The notes beneath the pieces were generated by a model. The model was given only the letters and a program-made list of their open reading frames with translations, was not told the DNA's origin and made no database searches. A stretch of DNA of 49,858 nucleotides, from positions 1 to 49,858 of the forward strand of contig MQRK01215205.1 of assembly GCA_001938485.1 (NCBI GenBank). Reading direction: 5' to 3'. Positions 33,701 to 48,700 of this stretch are shown in pieces. Both the position numbers and the translations under genes were made by a program. The stretch's first letter is position 1. Every line of letters starts with the position of its first letter. The stretch is from Girardia tigrina. Taxonomy: Eukaryota.

Positions 33701-36700
33701 GAGTTACGAATCTTTGTCCACCATTATTTGTAACCGATCTATCTGTCGCCTTGATTTAACCAGTCTTGGCAATCAGAGCCTGTCCAGTCTCTATCTGTTT
33801 TGTTGTACTTATCTAGAATTTTTAATAAATTAATTAGTGTTAATTCCTGAGATGTCGAGTCTGAAAAAGTGAGATTTCCAAATGCTTGCAACTATCGATT
33901 GCATTGCATATTCGTCTCTCACTGACAAAAGTCCAAATCCCCCAAGAGCCTTATCTGCATAAAAGTATTCAGTGGAGAAGTTCTGGACTGTATCACATAT
34001 TTGTTTCAATAGTCGTCATAGTTCAACATCCTGGTTGTTCTTAAAAACTTACTTTTTCTTTACTTGATGCCTGTAGTTTGTTAGTTCCCGAGGAGTAAAA
34101 TATTGATTTTTATTAAAGGATTTGCAAAATTTCAAAATATATACACTCACAGACCTTAAACAATTTACACAAATATATAGATATCTTAATAAAATAACAG
34201 AATTTTTAAAAAAATACTAAGCACTTTTCATAATGCACTCAAAAGGACAAAATAACTTCTCTGGGTCAGAAAAGACAATTTTAGTGTACCCTCAGTTTTC
34301 AATTATTCCAAGAAAATGACACCACGAACGAAGAAAAGTGCGGCTCAAATCATTGATTTTTTTTTATTTTAAAGAATTTTTAAAATCATTGATTTTTTTT
34401 NNNNNNNNNNNNNNNNNNNNNNNNNNNNNNNNNNNNNNNNNNNNNNNNNNNNNNNNNNNNNNNNNNNNNNNNNNNNNNNNNNNNNNNNNNNNNNNNNNNN
34501 NNNNNNNNNNNNNNNNNNNNNNNNNNNNNNNNNNNNNNNNNNNNNNNNNNNNNNNNNNNNNNNNNNNNNNNNNNNNNNNNNNNNNNNNNNNNNNNNNNNN
34601 NNNNNNNNNNNNNNNNNNNNNNNNNNNNNNNNNNNNNNNNNNNNNNNNNNNNNNNNNNNNNNNNNNNNNNNNNNNNNNNNNNNNNNNNNNNNNNNNNNNN
34701 NNNNNNNNNNNNNNNNNNNNNNNNNNNNNNNNNNNNNNNNNNNNNNNNNNNNNNNNNNNNNNNNNNNNNNNNNNNNNNNNNNNNNNNNNNNNNNNNNNNN
34801 NNNNNNNNNNNNNNNNNNNNNNNNNNNNNNNNNNNNNNNNNNNNNNNNNNNNNNNNNNNNNNNNNNNNNNNNNNNNNNNNNNNNNNNNNNNNNNNNNNNN
34901 NNNNNNNNNNNNNNNNNNNNNNNNNNNNNNNNNNNNNNNNNNNNNNNNNNNNNNNNNNNNNNNNNNNNNNNNNNNNNNNNNNNNNNNNNNNNNNNNNNNN
35001 NNNNNNNNNNNNNNNNNNNNNNNNNNNNNNNNNNNNNNNNNNNNNNNNNNNNNNNNNNNNNNNNNNNNNNNNNNNNNNNNNNNNNNNNNNNNNNNNNNNN
35101 NNNNNNNNNNNNNNNNNNNNNNNNNNNNNNNNNNNNNNNNNNNNNNNNNNNNNNNNNNNNNNNNNNNNNNNNNNNNNNNNNNNNNNNNNNNNNNNNNNNN
35201 NNNNNNNNNNNNNNNNNNNNNNNNNNNNNNNNNNNNNNNNNNNNNNNNNNNNNNNNNNNNNNNNNNNNNNNNNNNNNNNNNNNNNNNNNNNNNNNNNNNN
35301 NNNNNNNNNNNNNNNNNNNNNNNNNNNNNNNNNNNNNNNNNNNNNNNNNNNNNTTCAGTGAAAATTTGAAGTTTCTATGTGGTCTAAATGCTGAGATATA
35401 GGCAAAAGTAAATGGCCCATTCTTGACAAGATGAAATACAGTGAAGGTATATGAAAAAGTGCTTAAAAACTGATAGTTTTAAAAATTTAAACTGCATTAA
35501 TTTGCAAAACAAAATCATTTGTAAATAGTTTGACTTTAGTGAATGATCACAAATTCTAAAGAATAATTATGATCATCAAAAAAATTAAGAAAAATGCCTA
35601 TTTCAAAGAAATATGAATACTTATCTTCAGGTAATATCTTATTTGTAATTATTCAACACAAGTGCTCAACAACTGTTACACGAAACAACTAGTGTTCTTT
35701 TATCACAATGTAATATCCGTACAATAAACTGTAAAAATTGAGTTAAATCCTTTACATGGAACTTATCTCGCTTTGAGTTTTAGTTTTATAGTGAAATAAC
35801 CATAAAAACTAAGACAGGAAAATAAAATACGTTTGCTCTATTATTATTGTTCTGCACAGTAGCTAATCAAAATTCTTACATTAATTTATTTATTTATGAT
35901 ACACAATTTATGATACACTATTTATGATATTCAACTGTCTGTAGTTCGACAACAATTGACTATAGGCATATGATCTATAGAAGAAAAAGTTCCTAGATTT
36001 AAGTCTATTTTCGAAAAATGCAAAAATATGTAGGACATTTCAATTAAAAAATTTTATTTTTTGTGGTACACAGCGTACAAGGAAGTATACCTTGGTGTAA
36101 AATAACATTTAATATCTTAAAACTTTTGCATAAAAGTTTTTTTCTATGAACTTAAGTTTTCGAAATATTCAGCCGTTCCCATACTTTTGGATCACCCTGC
36201 ATAAAATAAGATATTTCTAAAAAGCATTTATTAAGTACTTTCTAAAAGTTAAATAAATTTTAACAGTTTCGTGTATAACACTACATTTTTGGTCATAACG
36301 TTTTTTCTACCCTGTTTATTTCTACAAAAAATTTTGGTAACGTCCTTATCATATTCTTAAGCTGCATGTCAAATGTTATTGTATTATGATAAAAGATTTT
36401 TGAGATAATTGACCAACAGATACAATTTTGTGAGCTTTAATTAAGAAAGAGTAAACGTTTGGTATGAAATATTTGTATATTTTATTATAATTTCTCTAAA
36501 CAAAATAAGATCCGTAGAATATAGAATTATAGCTCATTAGATTATTGAACTCCTGATAAAGTTAATAATTAAACAACAAAACGTTTGGAACAGATGAAAT
36601 GGGAGTTTTCTTGGCCAAAAACCTCACTCTCGCTTCAATGTTTTATGTTTAAATTTGAGATTCCAGGGTAGTGGGGTAATTTGAATGCAAAAAAACACAA

Positions 36701-39700
36701 AAAAAATGTTGAGATAAAAAATGTTTATAAATCATCAAAATCTCCGTCAAACAAATGATCAAATGAATTTTGCTGTGCTTGAGCCTCTTGTTTCATTGCA
36801 TATAACTCAGGTAGGTTCAGAGGCTAAGACGGATCCAGGGTGGGTGTAAATACCCCCTTTAGTCCCCCCCCTGGATCCACCCTTGATTCCGATACCGAAT
36901 TATCCGTGGAATACTGAACTCTCGCAATTTGATCCTGATAATTTATAAGCAGTTACTATTAACAATTTATTTGAATTGTGTTTTTTTAGTCTACATCGTT
37001 TTGCAATAACCGTCTTTTCAATACCAAGTGTGTTGCTTTAAAAGTAATTAAATTTTATTTTTTAATATTTCATTCAAATCACCTCATATTTTTCTATCCC
37101 ATTTTCTGTGATTATAATCAGTAATATCTTTCTTTCTCAATCATATATAATCATATTCGTATTTTAACTATTATTTATTAAGTGTTACTCGGTTGATGAA
37201 TTTTCCTTATTATATCTTACAACAATTGGTGTCAGAAAACCAGAACCAAAATTACAAAAACTAACACAACAAATCATTCAATTATACAGATATTCGGCAA
37301 AAACAGAATCACAAGAAAACATGCCACAAACAAAAAACAACATACAACTGAAAATAATAATAACCGAGACACCACTCGTGTACAATATAATCACAGCACT
37401 AACCAAAAAACAAATAACAACCACATATACCAAAACATTAACTTTCGAAACACAATTAAAGCCATACACTTACTAGATTATTTTACTGATGATAAAAACA
37501 CACCAGAAATTTGGTTTAACACAGCCATTAACATCGCACATCTAAATAGAATACACAACGAATACGACATTTGCGGCGCAATCATTACCAAACTACAGGT
37601 GTGTCAACTAAGTTTTTTCTGAAAATAACAAAAACTATCAAATATAAGGTCCAATCATTAATCATCATCAGCCAAGTGTTCAAAATAGCAGCCATCATTG
37701 TCAATGCAACGTTGCCAACGTCCTGGCAACTTATTGATTCCATTTTCGAAGAAGGATCCGGCTTTGGTGTTCAACCACTCCTGAAATTTCTCCTGAACCT
37801 CCTCAGAAGATGCACAGTTCTGACCTTTCAAAGCTCCTTTCATTGATGAAAATAGATGGTAGTCTGAAGGACATATCAATTACATCTCACAGTTCAACTT
37901 AGAAATAGTACACATATCTGGGAAGTCGAACATAGTAGCAGACTACTTATCCAGAACGAAAATAAATGACATACATTTCGACGCATTAATTAACATTGAT
38001 GAAATCAGAAACAAACAAGACGAAGTCGTCAAAGAATGCAGCAAACAAAAATCTTTAGAAATCATCCAATACGAAGGAATTTTTACAATAACAGCACACA
38101 ATATAATCCAAGGCCGTTAATTCCTAGGAAATTCAGAGAGAATTGCATCCGCACAATACATTTGATCCACTACAGTTACAAAATAACATACCAAATTATC
38201 CATTTACAAGTTTGTTGGTCACTCATGAGAAAATACATCAAAAAATTCATTGAAGATTGCCTAACATTCAACTTTAACAAAATAATTAAACACCCACAGA
38301 TCAAAACTATCGATTTTCCAGAATCAGAAAAATTAGAAACCATATAGAGACATCGTTGGCCCTTTACCAACAAACAAAAACATAAAATACCTGTTAACAA
38401 TAATAGATAGGTATATAAACTGGTTCGAAGTAATACCTTTAAGAGACATCACAGCCGACACAATAGCGAACAAATTAAAAAACAAATGGATCAGCAGATA
38501 CGGACCCCCGACACAAAACTGACAGCCGTCTCGCAACTCACTGCACACCAGTGGACGAGCTCGAACACCTACTCCAATCGACGACAATTACGACACAAAA
38601 CTATTTTTCAAATCAAAATCAAAAAGTCAACAATTAGCAATCATTTATTCTCTCTTCTACTCCAACTCCGATCGAACAAATTTTTTTAAACAAGGACACA
38701 CATTGACAATGACTTTTCCAAAACAAAATTAATTTAATTTTTAGTAATCAAATTATTCTTTTTAAAAAAACACGCTCCAAAATTTTAGTGGACTGCAGAA
38801 ACAAAAAGCTCGTCCTAAACTGCTCTTTGGAGACCCTTCTCATGGCACCGACTGCATCCCACACACAACCCTTGAAATCTATCAATAATGTTATACCAAA
38901 TAATCCGTCAACATATTTCCCTTTGTCATTGCAAAAGAAGGAAATCGATTGATCTCTGGTGCCTGATTCTAACATGCGGTCTGACCGTTCTTCAGTGGTC
39001 CTTGACAATAAACCGAAGCAGTTTCTCGGCTCAATAAAGCCATTAAACCCATCAACCCAGACTGATAAACCAAACGAACCATCTTTCACCAAGTGCGCCA
39101 TCGATTTAAAAGGTACACAAAAATCTATCAATATCAACAAGCTAAAACCATGCATCCACAACAAGGACATGATAGTTGACACTCCGTCTTCATACATTCA
39201 GTCTTCTTTTTGCCGTGGGTTCAATATGATGATTCTTGCATAGCTCTAACAATGACTTGACATGACCAAGCATCGTTCCATCATGCTCCGCATCTTTCGT
39301 TGGGGGCTGATGTAGTGGTCAACTTTATAAAAAATTAGAAAATTAATTTTTATATAAATATTTATACATATAAATTAAATATATTAAAATTACCATATAA
39401 ATTATCAATGAAAATAACTTTTTTATTCGAATTACTTTTTTGGTGAAAATTTGAATTCAAATAAATCTTTCTCTCAAACTTCTATTCTCTCTTATTTTAT
39501 AATGAAATTAAACAGATATTATCCGTTGAGTGTTTTCGCAAACAACAAGCCTTTATTGCAATTTTTAGTTTTTTGATCTGTTCTCAAAAACGTGACAAAT
39601 AACACTAGACTAATTTTTCGTTTATTGTAATCAATTTGAAAAAAATATTTTTAAAAAAATAAATTATAAAAAGATGTGACCATTAGTCTAAATCAATAAA

Positions 39701-42700
39701 AGCCAATTGTTTTATTTTAAAGAAAAATCTTTATTAATAATTACATTAATTTTTAGATTGCTTCGTCGACTGTGTTCCTCTCAGAGGAATCTATTCGGGG
39801 ATCAGATCCAGTGATAAAGATGGAAAACAGTGTACAGCTTGGGAAAATTCTATTTATTCTTCGGAAAAATTTTCAACATCCAATATCTGTAGTTCTGTGG
39901 GAGATCTAACACCCTGGTGTCCCGTTGCTAATTCCTGGCAATACTGTGATATTCCTAAATGTGTTCACATTTCTCATGGTACTAAAAAGCAAAATATTAC
40001 GTTGTGCGTTCAAAGTGTACCAAATCCAGCAAAGAAAAAATTGTTTCAAGACGTAACAATTTTTTCAAGGTCACTTTCATCTATCTAGGTTTTGTGACTA
40101 AGTAGTAGAAATATTTCAATGAAAATTGTATTCTTATTTATAATTTCCGAAGTTAAGTAAAGTAGTGTTATCAAGCTCTTAGTTTTATAGAGTGTATTGC
40201 AGAGCTCTATTTCGATGAAGGAAGAGAAGGTCGTCCGAGAAAATCTTTGAACTCCGAAATTCAAAACAAGCAGTAAATCATTTAAAAGCGTAAACTAACC
40301 ATACAATTGTTAATACTAAACCTCAGCCTTACTATAGTCACCGCAAAACTAAATCCATGTTCCAGATTATCTCTTGTCTTCTTACTAAAAGGTTGATTTA
40401 AAACCGAATTTAAAGCAGTCTTAGAACTTGGTCATTTAGGAACACATGAAACTACTTTACTTTTTCGAATTTAATTATCGAAAGTGGTAAACGTAAACTC
40501 AATGTATACTTTTCAGATATCAAACGTGAGATGACTGAGTGAAGATTACTTGAAGAGAAGTCATTTTTGAAAATTACGAAATGACAAATCTGCTTTCCTT
40601 ATTCTGGAACAAAAATTACCTGATCCACATGAAATTGTTGAGTTATTTTAAATCCCAACACAAAAAAAGGAAAAAAAATCATGGGAACACACTACTATGG
40701 TTCCTGCCAGACAATGATCAATGTACATACAATGTGTTTTATTGGACTAAGGCTAGCAGATCGATCATCAAATAGTTTAGATGTGCTACCAACTGAGTGC
40801 TATATAGATGTGCTATTGGGTCATAAGACACTTCAAGAAGCAGTTGTCAAAGAAAAACTTGACCTTCGAACTTGAGGCCAGCTTTTTTGAGTTGGAGATT
40901 TGTTGACAGAAGTCTCTAGAGAGGAATATGATGGCTCTTGGAAACGACAGCTATTTTTATTTATCTTGTTTTGTTAAAAATGATGAATCCCTAAAGTTCT
41001 TTCTAATTTATGTTAGGTACTTATTGAACGCACCATGATTTTAATTAAAAACTTCAATGGTCTTTTAGGTACTGGCTGTGTATCAATTGATAGTATCAAG
41101 ACATTTACTAATTCCATAACCATAAAATGGTATCATGCTCCTATACAAAAGTTATTGGGTTACATAACTCTGTTACACAATGCCGATAAATTTTGTCTAC
41201 AATATCATCTTCAGTTATGTGACCAATGTGGATCCGTACGTACAGTAACATTTATGGTGATTCTATCAGTCATTTTATAATTTCAGCATCGTAATTTACA
41301 AATAACAGTAAAGAACTTCTATTTGTCTTGCACAGTCGGACGAGCAGATCAATCTATCAATTATGAGACTCAGTTCGAAAATTTGCATCAGAATAAAAAA
41401 TATTATGTTTATATAATTCCAATTATCAATTCGTCTTTTGTTGGAGAAGTAAAAAAGATTTCCGTGAATACTGCAACAGCGAGTTGAACAATTATTTATG
41501 GGTTCGTGAAGTATAATGTTTGACATAAACATGAACTAAAAATAAAATATTTGTAAAAAATAAATCTTTTAAAGAAATAAAAAACGTCGAGGCTTAGAAC
41601 TTTTGCAACTCTTTACAGAGTAGTAGGAATTATTTGTAAAACTGGATGTAAAAACAATTTTATGTGTTAAAATAAATGAATTCAGACATTGATGTTGCAA
41701 CCACTTCTCACAAACACCATATTGCCCATTCCTTAATCGAATCAAAAATATATTTTTGTTTTAGAAGAATAAGGTAGTGCAGGGTTGTGCATAATTTTTG
41801 AAATAATTCTTGTCTAAATATTTTTAAAATATCTTATTTTTATTGTTATTTTGTAAATCTTTATGTTTATATATCTATAATATATGATTGTTTGAAATAA
41901 TGTTTGGAATTGATTTATTTAATATTTATTAACTGTTTAAATATTTAATATTATATAAAATTAAATATAATTAAATATTAAACTAAAAAAATAAAAAATT
42001 GTTTTAATGGATTATTAATTTTTTGTTGAAGTTTCATATTATAAATTTTTATTATAATTTCTTTTATAAATAGATTTGTGAGAAGTGGTTGCAACATCAA
42101 TATCAGAATTCATTTTTAACACCAAAATTTATTAATATAACAACAATTCACATATTTAAATATTTTTTTCTGTTTTCTTTATCTTTTAAATTCTTTTCGA
42201 TTCAATTTTTCAAATCTTGCAAATTTATTAAATACATTTCACATTAAAACTAAAAATTTATTTTAAAATTTATTTAAAATCGTTTCATAACTTTTATTAG
42301 AATATATAAATTGTTATGACTGTAAAAATATTTTTATCTATAAATAAATATTTAATATTTAATGGTTTTCTTATCATTTTTAATTTTAAGATATGTAATA
42401 GATACATTAAAAAGATATTTTTTATTTTTAAATAGATATTTAATTTTTTTATAATTTTCTTTTATTATATTATTTTTAATTAAAATATTTATTAAGCATA
42501 TTAACATTAAAATATTTTACCTTTTAAATTAAAAAAATAATAAATCATTCTGGCGAGATGCAAATTTAAATTAACCCCTCATAGGATTAAAATTTATTAA
42601 ATCGATTGCAACAATTATTAAACAGATCGAACCCTAAAATAAAACCTTTCCAATAAATGTTTAAGATCACTGGTTGAAATTTGCTGGTGTGACAACATGA

Positions 42701-45700
42701 TGCAATTATTTATTATTGTTACTGTCACTGGTCAGTCACTTCGTTATAAAAAGGTAAAAGTCCAAATTCTTTCCAACTGTAATAGTACTCTCAAAATTAA
42801 TTTACGCTTTTTTTGGTATAAATGTCAGGCATTATACTTTACAACAAATAATTTTGTAAAACAAAGTTTATTTTTACAAATGATTGTAGAACCCCTCATT
42901 CCACAAAATGTTGTTTGCGAAGCAAAATCCTTTGATTTCATCGAACTTTCTTGGGATTTACAAAATGATACAATCGATATTGGAAAGCCTGACTTTCATA
43001 TTATATCAATAAGGGAGGCTACGTCTTCGCAGAGTAAAGAAATTCAAGTAGAAAAATCATGGGCAAAATTAGAAAATTTAGAAATTTGCACTCGTTATTG
43101 TGTATCAGTGAAGGGTGGTAACAATGCGGGTTTTAGCAAGTTTTCCAAAGAGAGATGTTGTTGGACCCTTGCTAGAAGTTAATAACTGAATTTATTACAT
43201 AACTTATTGAAACTTATAGAACCGGAGAATACAAATTTGGATGATCCGATATCGGAATATTCAAAAACTAGATTGATTAAATGGAAACCAGTTGAGGAGA
43301 GAAAGAAATGTGGAAGAACGTACAGACTGATTTACTGGATCAAATATTCAAAAGAAAAAATATCTGTATTGACAAGTGAAATTTACATTTATATTTAATG
43401 AATAAAAAAATAATTAAACTTAAACAAACTTTTTAGGAAAATAATTTTAATGAAATAAACATAAAAAATGGAATTAATAAACGATTTAGTAGAAATATTT
43501 TCTACATGACCTTTATGAGGGTGGATTTTGAGGATTCGGTGAACGGAATTACAAGTGTGAGGAATATGGGGTGTGCAATTGTTTTTGTAGTGTTTGCATG
43601 TTTAAATGTTGTGTGTTGATTTGGGATTGTGCCTCGCCTAACCAGATGGATTATCAATATTTAATTTTTTTATAATCTGAAACTAATTTATTTAAATTTA
43701 GATTTAATATTCAAATTTTTAGTTTTTATTATTGCAGCTTTTAAATAAGTTTATTGATTTTATTTTTGTAAATTTTCAAATAATTAAAATCAAATTAATG
43801 TTTAAAAATGACTATAAAAATATTTTATTTCAGTCAATAAAATTTAAATTAAATATTTTTAAATAAAATAATCTTCTCGAGTATAGTTCAGATTATAATG
43901 TGAGATATTGAAAATTGATTGATGAATCTAAGTGAAAGCAATACTATTGATCATCATAAAGATGATAAAAAAAGTGAATGTAATAAATGTTATGTCAAAT
44001 GTGTGAGTTCTCTTAACATGGCTACTTCACACCACGTGACTCCGAACATCAAAGGTCCAGAAACATTCGATGGATCCGAGCACAAATTAGAAGAATTTCT
44101 GATAAGTTTTAACAGGTATTCAAAGATTATGGGATTATCAGAGGAGAGAAAAATTCTACTGGTAACACCCTACTTGACTCCAGATGCGATTCTGAGATAC
44201 GCGAAGGCCCCAGGGAGTACTTGCAAAGAGAAAATGCGGGCAGCATTTTCAAAACAGAATTCTATTTTGGATTTGATGAAAGATCTCATAGAGTTAAGAG
44301 TAGGTTCTGGTGACCCGTCACTTGCGTTCCGCAAACCAGATGAGATAATCGAAAAATTAGTGAAGAAAAAGTTTGGTAAGAAAGAACTATTAAACTTGGT
44401 CTATGCTAATATGATTGACGATGATAACGTCGATCAAGAGATAGCGATTTGAGGTGTAATAAAGGCAGAGGATATCGAAAACATACAACTGAGGATGTAT
44501 GAATACGGGAAAAAGAAAAGAAATTCACCGATTGCAGCATATAACACAAGGAAAGAAAACGATTGGAAAACTGTGGAGAATAAAAGAAGAACACCAAAAC
44601 CACGGAAGGACGAAGTAAAGAGAGACGGTACAAGTCGAAATTATAAAGTTAGAAAAATAATTTGTTGGGCATGCGATGAGGAAGGTCATGTTAGAAGAGA
44701 ATGTCCGAACGTTAAGTGTACTCACTGTCAAAAAAGAGGACATCTACGAACAATATGTCATGAAAACCCAAAAAGGTTTAAAGAACGTGACCAACGGAAA
44801 TGGGACAATAATAAAAATCGTTGGAATGACAGGAGAGATTATTCTAATCAGATATATATATATATATAACGACCGGCATATATGAATAAGAAACGACACT
44901 TGGCGGAGTTAGACGACAGGAATGATGTAATGGACAAGAGATCAGAAATGTCTCATAGAAGAGAAGTGAATACAGCAAGAGATTATTCTAGAGGTAAAAG
45001 AAGATCTGGAGACGAACAGCGAAACGAGGACGCACGATCACAAGGAGAGGTGATCAGTGTGCTTCATTAGAAAACCAATGTAAATATATATTTGATTGTA
45101 TATATGAATGTGTGTGTCATTTTATGTTTGATTCTACGTATGAAAATATTCCTCAAGAGATGTGCGAAATTGAATGTGAAGATATTGTAAATCGAGAACA
45201 GTGTAATAGTATGACAACTCAAGATGATAAGAAACTAAATGGTAAAACGGAAATATTGAAAATATCAAAGTTTAAGATAAATTATAAATTATAATTATAA
45301 ATTATACAATAACAACAAATTATGATACAGTTGTGGATATGCTTGAGCTCTGCTCTAATAGAGATTCTCGCTTTTCCATTGATATTCAATTGGAAGCTAC
45401 TGGACTCTTGCATCGAGTCAATGAAGTGGAGTTTCAGTTCTCTCGTTGCTGACCATCCTCGAACCAGCCAACAATAGCTTGCGGGGTCAAGCCAAGGATC
45501 TTTCATCTGAATGTGATGTTTATGGATGCCGTCATAGAGCGCATTTGCAGCCTCCGTAATGAAGAGAAATTCCAAGTTCCTTTTGAGAAATTTGAAGGTC
45601 ATATTGATATGGAAGCGAGACTTAAAAGAAGACGAACTAAGATGAACTCACAAACTTATTGGATAGAAATTAAAATGATTATTAATTATTTAAAAAATAT

Positions 45701-48700
45701 TAATTTGATTTATTTATTAAAAATTGTAAAAACTATTTAACTTATTTAAAATTGTAAAATTATTTGAAATTAAAAATAAATTTAAACATAACATATTTTT
45801 AGATAATAAGAATTCAAATATTAATCATCCATCTGGGTAGGAGAGACACATTTCCAAATAAACATAAACATTCAAACACAAAACATCAAACATTCAAAAT
45901 ATTCCTCGCAATTATGTTAGCATGATTTGGAGAATAAACTGGATGCGGAAAACTTCACATCCAAGACCTGTAATTTTATTTCTCGTTGCTGCAGCAACAG
46001 ATGACAAAAAGCAAAAAATATTTTGAGAATCGTTCCAGTGAGACTGGAGATTAGGCGGAAGTCTAATAGTCATAACTGTGTTGCAGTGGCTGTATCAAGC
46101 AGTGCTTTTGCCAGCACAGTACAAAACATTTGTGTTAAAAGGTATTGGATTTCTAATACATGATAGCATTCCCAACTGCCTAGACGTTGTACATTTAAAT
46201 TCCTATAAGGTTCGAGTGTGTCTCCATATACTGTCTGACAGTTAAAATAACAAATAGGATATTTAAATATATAAATATTTAATATCCATTTGCTTTGTGT
46301 TTGTTTTAATATACCATTTTGGCAATATGGTTAGGGGCCGTCCATAAACGACGTCACGAAGAAGTGGGGGAGGGGCAGAATTTGTGACAAAATGTGATAA
46401 GTGGAAAGGGGGTTGGAAATCTGCTAAAATCGCGTGACGTCATTTATGGACAACTCTTTAGGTAAATTGGACAACGAAATGTAAAGTTAATTTACCGTTC
46501 CAAAGAAATTCTCAATATTTATTTCCATTATTAATTATCGATATCGAATTAAATCTGTGATTAAATAAATGGAAAAAAAATAGGCGAACAAAATGAAGCA
46601 ACAGCGTTCTCAATTGCTCTTTATAATGTGTAAATGCGAACTGGGCTGCTGTTGGAAATACGATTCACATTCTGAGATTTCCGATGTTTACGACGAATGT
46701 ATCAAAAACATAGACTTCATTAACACTTCGGCATTATCGACTCGGATTTACCTGCATCGAAATCGCACCTCATTAACCATTACAGAATCAGATTTTTTTG
46801 AACTTTTTGTTCATAGAAACATTTTGTTAAATATACCATTTCCAAGCTATTAGTATAAAATGTAATGAATATTTGTTTTTTATTTTCTGATTTTCTTTAA
46901 TCTGAATTTAAATGTTAAGTAATTAAGTAAATAATTAAGTAAATAATAAATTTACTTAAGTAAATTAATTAAGTAAACGATAAATATTAAATTCACACAG
47001 ATAATTACAATTGTTTACATTTCTATATAATTAGATGCGACCAGTTACCGACTAGAAAATTTGAGAGAGAATAGTTCATATCTGATCAAGGTTCGAGGAG
47101 AAAATACTTTGGACACAATGAATAATGATTTTTTTGGGGAATATTCAGAAATAAAAGAATTTTATACGGGAATACGTAAGAAATTATAGATAAATATTGG
47201 GTACTTACATCTTAACGCCACTACAGCAAATATTTCAAATTTACACTTATTTCAAATCAAAATACTTTCCAAATTCAAAAAAGATTATATATAAAAAGTA
47301 GTCAATCAAATTTCGGTGGCAAATTGGCCGATATAAAATTTAACTTAGATTCAAATGAGTCTCTATTTTCTTTCCTCTTATGCTGTCACCTAATGAATTC
47401 TGATAAATAAGATTATATCTGATGTCTCGCAGTCCCCTATGTGTCTTGTTCTGCATCTGCACTGATACACTGACCCTGTATCAGGATCATGAAAATTGTA
47501 ATTAAGATTAATCTTAGCATGTAGTAATCTTTCTATTACTATTCTATTTGTTTGGTAATCTTTCCAATTGTCAGAATAAATTGTGCTACCACTTATCATG
47601 CTTTCAATAATTTAATCACGAAGAATAGAGGCAGCTCTATTAGGAAAAGTGACAACAAACGCATCTTTTGTTTCTCTACATACACCACCAAACAGCCATT
47701 ATTTTTACGTTTAGTAAACAATAACAAAAAACGTCAATTTCCACAATACAATCTGGTTCATCTACCTTTTTGTTTGGTTAATTTTACATATCCCAGACAC
47801 ATAATTCACGCATTTAATTGTTCCAATCTATAACAGTTTTATCATTTATATTAGGTCGCTTTAAACAAATTTTAATCATCATCAACTCCTCGCACCAGCA
47901 GTTAATGAATCTCAAAGCTGAACAAAATGAAATTCTGCTTACTCAAACCAGTTATCTTTTCTAAGTCACAGCTGCTGATCCCACTTTCTTAAATAGCATT
48001 TCCAAAAATTACGTTCCCCAAAATAAAGTTTCATGTCATGTGAATGGGTACATTTTCGTTGTTCACAAAAATATTTCGCTCCTGAAAAAAACTGAAATAG
48101 CATCTTGTTTTGTTTTTCGCAAATCCCAACTACCCAATTTTGTAGCACTAAAATTGGGTCAAAATTAGGAAAATACAAGGCTGCGGTGGTGTTAATACGT
48201 AAGTACCAAATAATGTTGAGTTGTCCCTTTACATCTTTCTACTGCAGAACGTCAAGCCGTTTCAAATCTAAAAGTCAAATTTACTTCTCAACGGTTTCAT
48301 ATTTATTTTAACGACTCTGAAAAATCGTATGTCAACATTAAATATAAAATAAAGATAACCCAAACTAAAATTAATTTTTGTGCAAATGTAAGTTCTTTTT
48401 AATTATTGGAGGTTCGTCAAGGAAAGATTCAGACCAACAATTTGGTTTATGAGACCTTTATCAATCAAGCTAATGAAAGTATATCGACGAATGTACTGAA
48501 GAAATGTGGTTCTCATTTGTTAGAGATTTCTCCGGTGGATAGTTTGAATAATATTAAGGGTTTCGGTAAACCTGCGTCTACCTCATTTATATATGATATT
48601 GGTAATATCATTATTTCATAATGTTGTAATGTGATATAAAACTTTAGATCTGCGTTCACAGATTTCTGTAGATGCAAGTTTTATCTCAACAAATTTATTG

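Noticed and set aside
34338-35369. 343-aa ORF, and ORFs at 9652-10015
   Set aside because: Artefacts of translating N gaps.
40140-40950. Short ORFs and a GRPRK-like motif in the FN3 gene intron
   Set aside because: Too degraded to assign; not needed for the gene's reading frame, since the flanking exons join in phase.
45320-45650. GC-richer patch with short ORFs on both strands after the truncated family A element
   Set aside because: No recognisable motif in either direction.
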